A program made the position numbers and the translations under genes. Shown here in pieces: positions 22,743-29,677 of a stretch of 64,000 bases of DNA. The notes below the pieces were generated by a model. That model was not told the DNA's origin, made no database searches, and worked only from the letters and a program-made list of their open reading frames with translations. The stretch is from Bdellovibrionales bacterium (GTDB lineage Bacteria > Bdellovibrionota > Bdellovibrionia > Bdellovibrionales > UBA1609), in the NCBI GenBank assembly GCA_965200875.1, contig OZ241456.1:1152001-1216000 (forward strand). Direction: 5' to 3'. The stretch's first letter is position 1. Every line of letters begins with the position of its first letter.

Positions 22743-23402
22743 ATGAAATTAATAATTACTTTACTATTTTTAAGCTTAGGTGCTTTTAGTTATGGCCAGA
22801 ATGAGGCTGAACAATCTTCTAGAAAGGTGGAAAGTGACACTCCTATTGGTATTATGGCGACTATTTATGATTTGTATGGCCTGTATGACCGGGTCACTGG
22901 CTCTTCTTCATGTAATATAAATAATTATTTTAATGAATATAGATATAAAGAAAGGAAGGATATATTTAAGTGTGATTTGCAAGGAGCGGATATGCGAGAG
23001 GCGAATTTGAGTAATGCTACTTTGAATTTTTCGAATTTAATAGAGGCAAATTTGAGTTTTGCAAATTTACATAAGGCACATGCAGTAGGTTCAAATTTTT
23101 ATAAAGCAGATTTGACTGGTGCAGATTTGCGGGAAACGATATTGGTTGACGCAAATTTTTTAATGGCAGATTTGACTGGGGCGAATATGTCTGGGGCGGA
23201 TTTGCGTTTTTCAGGTTTTAAACTGGCGAATTTAACTGGGGTGAATCTGACTGGGGCGGATTTGCGTTTTGTGTATTTTAGTGACACGAATTTTACTGAT
23301 GTAAATATGAGCAATGCAAAAGTTGATCCAGACTTGGCGACTTTTTTAACTTCACAAGGTATAAGTGGTTTTATTGTTGTTGATGAGGAGGAAGGTAAAT
23401 AA
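22743..23402 (+). CDS. Secreted pentapeptide-repeat protein (cassette 1a)
   Basis: Signal peptide MKLIITLLFLSLGAFSYG; A(D/N)Lxx repeats; AAGGAGG RBS. Confidence 0.92.
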   Translation: MKLIITLLFLSLGAFSYGQNEAEQSSRKVESDTPIGIMATIYDLYGLYDRVTGSSSCNINNYFNEYRYKERKDIFKCDLQGADMREANLSNATLNFSNLIEANLSFANLHKAHAVGSNFYKADLTGADLRETILVDANFLMADLTGANMSGADLRFSGFKLANLTGVNLTGADLRFVYFSDTNFTDVNMSNAKVDPDLATFLTSQGISGFIVVDEEEGK

Positions 23403-23971
23403 TGAAATTAATAATTGCTTTACTTTTTTTAAGCTTAGGAGCTTTGAGCTATGGCCAGAATGAGGCTACCTGTAATATTGATAATTATCGAGACTATATT
23501 TATACACCCGGAAATCATCAGTGCGATTTGTTCAGGGCGGATTTGACTGGGGCGAATTTACAAGATGCAAATTTTACTGGGGCGAATTTGGGCGGGGCGA
23601 ATCTGACTGGGGCGAATTTGCGAAGGGCGAATTTGTCCAATGCGAATATAGCTGGGGCGATTTTGACCAATGCGGATTTGGAAGGGGCGAATTTGTCCAA
23701 TGCTAGGTTGATAATGGCGAATTTGGTATGGGGTAATTTGACTAATGCGAATATGTACGGGGCGAATTTGATAATGGCGGATTTGACTGGGGCGAATTTG
23801 TCCAATGCTAGTTTGATAATGGCGAATATGTACGGGACGAATTTGTACGATGCGGATTTGACAGGGGTAATTTTAACCTCTGCGAAAGTTAATCCGGCCT
23901 TGGCGACTTATTTAACTTCACAAGGTGTAAGTGGTTTTGTTGTTGTTGAATTTGAGAATTTGAGGAAATAG
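23402..23971 (+). CDS. Secreted pentapeptide-repeat protein (cassette 1b)
   Basis: TAATG overlap with upstream gene; signal peptide; ANLTG/ANLSN repeats. Confidence 0.92.
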   Translation: MKLIIALLFLSLGALSYGQNEATCNIDNYRDYIYTPGNHQCDLFRADLTGANLQDANFTGANLGGANLTGANLRRANLSNANIAGAILTNADLEGANLSNARLIMANLVWGNLTNANMYGANLIMADLTGANLSNASLIMANMYGTNLYDADLTGVILTSAKVNPALATYLTSQGVSGFVVVEFENLRK

Positions 23972-24031
23972 AAGAATAAACACTTTACTGCCTCTTAGGC
24001 AGTAGAATGTCTACTACTCTCTTTTGGTTTG

Positions 24032-24070
24032 CGAAAAGCCTGTCTACCTCAGACGGGTTTTTTCGTTTTC
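24032..24070 (+). terminator. Intrinsic terminator at cassette end
   Basis: CGAAAAGCCTGTCT-ACCTC-AGACGGGTTTTTTCG hairpin plus T-tract. Confidence 0.75.
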
Positions 24071-24076
24071 TGGAAA

Positions 24077-24233
24077 GGGAATCATAAGCAACCGGGGTCG
24101 GTTGTATATCGCGAAAGGGGGGTTACGGTTTTCCCCCGTCTCAAAACCCCCTTTTTATGCACTTATTCCCGCGGGAAAAGATGGAGACCCACCCACCGCG
24201 ATATATGATGCCCCCCTTTTCTTTATGATTCCC
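24077..24233. repeat. ~157-bp imperfect palindromic inter-cassette element E1
   Basis: GGGAATCATAA...TATATCGCG...TTTTCCC / GGGAAAA...CGCGATATA...TTATGATTCCC. Confidence 0.92.
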
Positions 24234-24340
24234 TATATATTTTTAATAGTCGTGTAAATATTTCACGGGCTTGTTTTTTTATTAAGTGTTTTTCATAAAC
24301 ACCTGTATTATGCAAATAAACCCAAACAAGGAGGTTACTA

Positions 24341-24934
24341 ATGAAATTAATAATTGCTTTATTGTTTTTAAGCTTAGGTGCTTTGAGCTATGGCCAGAAT
24401 GAGGCTAAGGCTACCTGTAATATTGATAATTATCGAGACTATATCTATACGCCAGGAGAGCATAAGTGCGATTTATCAGGGGCAGATTTTACCGATGCGG
24501 ATTTGACTAGGGCGAATTTGACTAGGGCGAATTTGACTAGGGCGAATTTGACTAGGGCGATTTTGACCAGGGCGAATTTGTACGGGGCGAATTTGTACGG
24601 GGCGGATTTGACTAGGGCGATTTTGGTTGAGGCGGATTTGAGATATGCGAATTTGTACGGGGCGAATTTGTACGGGGCGGATTTGACTAGGGCGATTTTG
24701 GTTGAGGCGGATTTGAGATATGCGAATTTGCGAGGGGCAACTTTGCGATGGGCAACTTTGCGATTGGCGAATTTGTACGGGGCGGATTTGTTCATAAGTA
24801 AATTTGGTATTAAAGGGGCATTTTTTTCTGGGGCGAAAGTTGATCGGTTCGCAGCGTATTTTTTATACCCACTAGGTATAAGGGATTTTGTTGTTATTGA
24901 AGACGACCCTGCAGAAAACATAATAAATGAATAA
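24341..24934 (+). CDS. Secreted pentapeptide-repeat protein (cassette 2)
   Basis: N-terminus nearly identical to cassette 1b; ANLTR tandem repeats. Confidence 0.92.
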   Translation: MKLIIALLFLSLGALSYGQNEAKATCNIDNYRDYIYTPGEHKCDLSGADFTDADLTRANLTRANLTRANLTRAILTRANLYGANLYGADLTRAILVEADLRYANLYGANLYGADLTRAILVEADLRYANLRGATLRWATLRLANLYGADLFISKFGIKGAFFSGAKVDRFAAYFLYPLGIRDFVVIEDDPAENIINE

Positions 24935-24998
24935 ACACTTTACTGTCTAGGAGGCAGATAATCTTCTACATTATAATTTTCATAACTTCCTTTGGTTA

Positions 24999-25038
24999 GA
25001 AGAAGCCTGTTTTAATCTCAGACGGGTTTTTTCGTTTT
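24999..25038 (+). terminator. Intrinsic terminator at cassette end
   Basis: GAAGAAGCCTGTTT...AGACGGGTTTTTTCGTTTT, homologous to 24032-24070. Confidence 0.65.
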
Positions 25039-25044
25039 GAGAAA

Positions 25045-25201
25045 GGGAATCATAATCAACCGGGGTCGGTTGTATATCGCGAAAGGGGGGTTACGGTTTT
25101 CCCCCCGTCTCAAAACCCGCTTTTTATGCACTTATTCCCGCGGGAAAAGATGTGAACCCACCCTCCGCGATAGATGATGCCCCCCTTTTCTTTATGATTC
25201 C
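25045..25201. repeat. Inter-cassette palindromic element E2
   Basis: Left arm nearly identical to E1; ends TTATGATTCC. Confidence 0.92.
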
Positions 25202-25277
25202 ATTTATTTTTTATAGTTTTCGCCGATAATGTAAAAAGATAGGTGGATAATTAATTCACTTTAAAAAGGAGTATTTT

Positions 25278-26029
25278 ATGAAAACTATAATTGCTTTATT
25301 GTTTTTAAGCTTATGTTTTTTAGGTTGTGAGAAAAAAGATAGTGGTTCAAGTGGAGCAACCACCGCCGGTGCTGAAGCTGGCGCGGGATCAACCACCGCC
25401 GGTGCTGAAGCTGGCGCGGGATCAACCACCGCCGGTGCTAACCCTAGTGTAGTGGTTAACACAGCAGGTTCTGAAGCTGGAGTAAATGTTCAATCGGAAG
25501 CGGATGCTCCAGTGTGTAATATCTATAATTACAAAGAGTATATAAAAAAAAACGGAGAGCATAAGTGCGATTTGTCCGGTGCGAATTTGCACAGGGAGAT
25601 TTTGCAAGGCGCGAATTTGCAAGGCGCGAATTTGCAAGGCGCGAATTTGACAGAGGCGGATTTGGGCTATACGAATTTGAACCATGCGAATTTGAGCAAT
25701 GCGAATTTGAGCAATGCGAATCTGTACTGGGCGGATTTGCAAGATGCGAATTTGAGCAATGCGAATTTGAGTAATGCGAATTTGAGAGCGACGGATTTAC
25801 ACAGGTCGGATTTGAGCGGTGCGGATTTGAGCGGTGCGGATTTGAGAAGTGCGAATCTGTACTGGGCGGATTTGCAAGATGCGAATTTGAGCAATGCGAA
25901 TTTGGTTGAAACTATTTTGCGAGGGGTGAATTTCACCGGTGCGAATTTCACCGGTGCGAAAGTTAATCAGAGGTGGCGAATTATTTACTCTCAAAAGGTA
26001 TAGTCGGATATAAAATTGTCGAAGACTGA
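25278..26029 (+). CDS. Lipoprotein pentapeptide-repeat protein (cassette 3) with 3' frameshift
   Basis: FLGC lipobox; 33-bp tandem repeat linker; pentapeptide repeats; ORF stops at 26003 but the family C-cap EVANYLLSKGIVGYKIVED* continues in another frame to 26029. Confidence 0.85.
25357..25439 (+). repeat. 33-bp tandem repeat x2.5 (TTAGAEAGAGS)
   Basis: CAACCACCGCCGGTGCTGAAGCTGGCGCGGGAT repeated. Confidence 0.9.
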
Positions 26030-26062
26030 ATTGTATTTATTTTTCATAATTCCATTTGTTGT

Positions 26063-26100
26063 GAAAAGCCTCTGTATCTCAGACGGGCTTTTTCGTTTTT
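26063..26100 (+). terminator. Intrinsic terminator at cassette end
   Basis: GAAAAGCCTCTG...CAGACGGGCTTTTTCGTTTTT. Confidence 0.65.
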
Positions 26101-26106
26101 AGGAAA

Positions 26107-26261
26107 GGGAATCATAAGCAACCGGGTAGCTGTTATATATCGCTTTTAGGGGTGCACATTTTCCCCCCAGAATAGAGGCGTTTTTATGCAGTTATTTCCC
26201 AGAGGAAAACTGTGACCCACCCACCGCAATATATGATGCCCCCCTTTTCTTTATGATTCCC
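26107..26261. repeat. Inter-cassette palindromic element E3 (most diverged copy)
   Basis: Same GGGAATCATAA/TTATGATTCCC ends; internal arms differ from E1/E2. Confidence 0.9.
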
Positions 26262-26337
26262 TTTTATTTTTTATAGTTTTCGCCTATAATGTAAAAAGAT
26301 AGGTGGATAATTAATTCACTTTAAAAAGGAGTATTTT

Positions 26338-26592
26338 ATGAAAACTATAATTATTATCTTTTGTCTTTTGTTGTCCATTGGAGCTTATGCTAGTGGGGAC
26401 ATGCAAACATTAAGGGACATGGATGCAATTCAACAGGAATACCAGCGCATACAATCAAATTTAAATGACCTTGATCGTCGGTTTAATCAGGCAATGCTAA
26501 AACTATATGACATGCAAAGTGAAAAAAGAAACCTTGAGCAAAATCTTAATCAATGTATTCAACAGCTTAACCGGCAAAATTCCCAGCAATAA
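26338..26592 (+). CDS. Small secreted coiled-coil hypothetical protein (cassette 4)
   Basis: Signal peptide ending AYA; Q/N-rich heptads; leader and RBS nearly identical to cassette 3. Confidence 0.75.
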   Translation: MKTIIIIFCLLLSIGAYASGDMQTLRDMDAIQQEYQRIQSNLNDLDRRFNQAMLKLYDMQSEKRNLEQNLNQCIQQLNRQNSQQ

Positions 26593-26596
26593 AACT

Positions 26597-26681
26597 GGCG
26601 TTTTTTGGCACTTATTCCCGCGGGAAAAGATGTGAACCCACCCACCGCGATGTATGATGCCCCCCTTTTCTTTATGATTCC
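26597..26681. repeat. Half element E4 (right arm only)
   Basis: GGCGTTTTTTGGCACTTATTCCCGCGGGAAAAG...TTATGATTCC; no left arm or terminator. Confidence 0.88.
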
Positions 26682-26789
26682 TTTTATTTTTTTTACAGGC
26701 GTGTAAAGATTTCACAGTGCTATTTTTTTATTAGTGGTTTTTCATAAACACCTGTATTATGCAAATAAACCCGAAAAAGGAGGTCACTA

Positions 26790-27395
26790 ATGAAATTAAT
26801 AATTACTTTACTTTTTTTAAGCTTAGGTGCTTTGAGCTATGGCCATAGTCCAAAGCCCGCGCCATTTCCTGTTATGCTGTTCCAATTTGATTATTGGCTA
26901 TTCTCTGACTCTTCATGTGATATCGAGAATTATTTTGATGAATATAGATATAAGGAAAGGGCTGATATATTTAAGTGTGATTTGCAAGGAGCGGATTTGC
27001 GAGATGCGAATTTGAGTGATGCTACTTTGAATTTTTCGGATTTGGAAGATGTAATTTTAACCGATGCGAATTTGTACAAGTTACATGCAATAGGATCAAA
27101 GTTTAATAAAGCAGATTTGACTGGTGTAGATTTGCGTGAAGCGGTATTACAAAACGCGCTTTTGCTCTGGGCGAATTTGAGCAATGCGAATATGGCCGGG
27201 GCGAATTTGACTTTTGCGAGTTTTGCAGAGGCGAATTTGAGTGGTGCAAATTTTACAGGTGCGCTTTTGCGTAATGCGTATTTTGGAAATGCGAAATTTA
27301 TTAACGAGGCGATTTTTACCGATGCGAAAGTTGATCCGGATTTGGGTGCTTATTTAACCTCACATGGTGTAAGTGGTTTTATTGTTGTTGAATAA
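26790..27395 (+). CDS. Secreted pentapeptide-repeat protein (cassette 5), paralog of cassette 1a
   Basis: Shares EYRYKER.DIFKCDLQGAD and AKVDPDL with 22743-23402. Confidence 0.92.
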   Translation: MKLIITLLFLSLGALSYGHSPKPAPFPVMLFQFDYWLFSDSSCDIENYFDEYRYKERADIFKCDLQGADLRDANLSDATLNFSDLEDVILTDANLYKLHAIGSKFNKADLTGVDLREAVLQNALLLWANLSNANMAGANLTFASFAEANLSGANFTGALLRNAYFGNAKFINEAIFTDAKVDPDLGAYLTSHGVSGFIVVE

Positions 27396-27439
27396 AATTA
27401 CTCTGATTTTTATATAATTTTCATAATTCCTTTTTTGGT

Positions 27440-27479
27440 GAAAAGCCTGGCCCATATCCTGTCGGGTTTTTTCGTTTTT
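27440..27479 (+). terminator. Intrinsic terminator at cassette end
   Basis: GAAAAGCCTGGC...GTCGGGTTTTTTCGTTTTT. Confidence 0.65.
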
Positions 27480-27485
27480 AGGAAG

Positions 27486-27642
27486 GGGAATCATAATCAA
27501 CCGGGTGCGGTTGTATATCGCTAAGGGTGGGTGACCATTTTCCCCCCGTCTCAAAACCCCCTTTTTATGCACTTATTCCCGCGGGAAAAGATGGTGACCC
27601 ACCCTAGCGATGTAGATTGCCCACCCTCTCTTTATGATTCCC
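27486..27642. repeat. Palindromic element E5, adjacent to the recombinase stop codon
   Basis: Arms TATATCGCTAAGGGTGGGTGACCATTTTCCC and GGGAAAAGATGGTGACCCACCCTAGCGATGTA are near-perfect inverted repeats. Confidence 0.92.
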
Positions 27643-27649
27643 ATGATAT

Positions 27650-28234
27650 TTACTCCAGGCCGTTTCTGTCTGCCACCCGCAACACACTTGTTTTGTGCCA
27701 GCGTTTTCCCCACCTTGAGGGTTCGCCTTGTTCGTTTAAAGCATCGGCTATTTCCTGAAATGTCTTTCCCTGACGCCTTAGAAACTTAATGAATGGAATA
27801 ACCCGCTTGTCCTCTCTTTGGGCCTTAGTAAGCTTAGGTGGTGGTGGTGGTTCTTTCTTTGCCTTTTTCTTTTGTTCTTTTACAATAGCTTTGTGTTGTT
27901 TTTTATATTCTCTCCAATACCGGTGTAACCCCCGTCTCACAGCCGGGATATGATACCCAAGCTTTACACCTTGTCTCTTTTTCTCAGCCAGGGCCTCTTT
28001 GGTTCGCTTGGCTATTTGTTCACGCTCCCACCTGGCCATAACACCCATGAACCCGATTGTTTCACGGGTCGCCTCCGGCATATCACAGCACACAAATTTA
28101 ATAGCAGTGTTTTGCAACCAGCCGATAAAAGCCAAGTCACGGCTTAAGCGATCGAGCTTGGCCACAATCAAAGTGCACAATAAAGATAGCCTAGAACGAT
28201 TTTCTGTAAATACCTCTTTTTTTGACTCTTCCAA
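27650..28234 (-). pseudogene. Serine recombinase (resolvase/Pin-like catalytic domain plus C-terminal recombinase-type DNA-binding domain), N-terminally truncated
   Basis: LIVAKLDRLSRD, MARWEREQIAKRTKEAL..K..G.KLG, FQEIADALNEQG.PSRWGKRWHKTSVLR; no YxRVS catalytic motif seen upstream. Confidence 0.85.
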
Positions 28235-28324
28235 AGAAGTTCAGGAGATAAGTCTTCTTTAATTCCTGCCAAAACTCTTTTATTTTATTGACAAAAATCT
28301 TTTTATATTCCATTTTCCAGAGCT

Positions 28325-28980
28325 ATGAAAACAAAAAGAAATTTTTTACATGATCATTTATTCAAAGAAGTCTACTCGCAAACCAAATATTGTGTGGACA
28401 TATTAAGTCTTGTTCTCTCAAAAGAGGAAATGAAACTTTTTGATTGGACCAACCTTAAAACAGAAGCCACAACTTTTATTGACAAATCCGCAAAAGAAAA
28501 ACGCATGGATCTCCTTTAGATGTGTCAAATGAGGCCAGGGATTTGACAACTCGTCCTATTTTGTATATTTTAAAACATATCTGGCGACTTGATGAATCAA
28601 AAGTGAAAGAGCTTTTTACGATAGGTCAGGGTCTTAGTTCCAGTGAGCGAGAGGCATTGATCGGTCGAGCAGTAGATTATATACGGCGATATGATCCAGC
28701 ATTTAATTGGGAGATTGTAAAAGAGATTGAACAAGCCACAGTGAAAGAGGAGGGAAGAATTATGATGCCATTATTAAAATCTTCGTATGATGAAGCTAGG
28801 CAGGAAGGCATGCAACAAGGCCGTCAGGAAGGTATACAGGAAGGCATGCAACAAGGCCGTCAGGAAGGTCAAAAAGAGCTGATTGCAAAATTACTTAAAA
28901 CTGGAGTGGATTTGCAAGCTCTTTGTAAAGGTACAGGACTTTCCGAAGAAGAAATTAAAAAACTTAAAACTGACGACTAA
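28325..28980 (+). pseudogene. Rpn/YhgA-like (transposase_31) nuclease with internal deletion and stop
   Basis: HDHLFKEVYS...FID...RMDLL then stop at 28519; downstream part has QEG repeats and TGLSEEEIKKL; middle of the protein missing. Confidence 0.82.
28435..28698 (+). repeat. 264-bp direct repeat, copy 2
   Basis: Matches 22248-22511. Confidence 0.92.
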
Positions 28981-29031
28981 TAATCAGATTACGCTTGATG
29001 GAACAAAGGAAAATTATATTCAAAGTAAAGC

Positions 29032-29520
29032 TTATTCAACAACAACAAAACCACTTATACCTTGTGAAGTTAAAAAAGTCGCCAATTTCTGATCAACTTT
29101 CGCACCGGTGAAATCCGCCCCATTCAAAATCGCACCGGTAAAATGCGCATAACGCAACCACGCCTCGGAGAAATTCGCCCCGATCAAATTCGCATTCGCA
29201 AAATTCACCCATTGCAAAGACGCATAACTAAAATTCACCATTTGCAAAAATGACCCTTGAAAATTCGCATCAGCCAAATCCGCCCAGCTAAAATCCGCGC
29301 CGTTCAAATCCGCGACACTCAAATTCGCATTACGCAAATTCGCATAGCTAAAATTCGCCCCTTGCAAATATAACTCGTTTAAATTCACTTCTTGCAAATT
29401 ACAATTATGCCGGCCCGGCTGAGTCACAAAATCCAAAAAGTTATCCTTAGTACATCTTTCATTTTGGCCATAACTAAAAGCACCTAAGCTTAAAAATAAT
29501 AAAACAATTATAGTTTTCAT
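29032..29520 (-). CDS. Secreted pentapeptide-repeat protein (outlying paralog)
   Basis: Signal peptide, ANFS/ADL repeats, C-cap AKVDQKLATFLTSQGISGFVVVE. Confidence 0.92.
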   Translation of the reverse strand: MKTIIVLLFLSLGAFSYGQNERCTKDNFLDFVTQPGRHNCNLQEVNLNELYLQGANFSYANLRNANLSVADLNGADFSWADLADANFQGSFLQMVNFSYASLQWVNFANANLIGANFSEAWLRYAHFTGAILNGADFTGAKVDQKLATFLTSQGISGFVVVE

Positions 29521-29677
29521 AAAATACTCCTTTTTAATTTGTAAAAAGTCCTATTCAATCAGGATATTTTTCCAGACTAACGGGGGGGGGTAAAAATCAA
29601 GAAATAAATTCAGAAGAACAAATGTGAGTAAAAAAAAATACTTAAAACTAGCCTTTAGTTGCCCATCTTTTTTTTAT

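Noticed and set aside
23099..25994. Antisense and alternate-frame ORFs with KFA/KSA or QIR repeats
   Set aside because: Shadows of the 15-bp periodic pentapeptide coding sequence
24077..27642. CRISPR array or classical integron interpretation of the repeats
   Set aside because: Repeats are ~157 bp and separated by whole genes; no cas genes, no tyrosine integrase, and no RYYYAAC/GTTRRRY attC ends seen
24024..27758. Short ORFs overlapping the palindromic elements (24024, 26503, 27360, 27531)
   Set aside because: Frames are not conserved between element copies and no RBS is evident
22743..29520. Diversity-generating retroelement or shufflon
   Set aside because: No reverse transcriptase or adenine-specific TR/VR pair seen; array genes are complete and co-oriented rather than inverted partial C-termini
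29582..29590. Poly-G tract upstream of the outlying pentapeptide gene as a phase-variation switch
   Set aside because: Single intergenic tract with no identifiable promoter boxes around it; cannot be supported without reads
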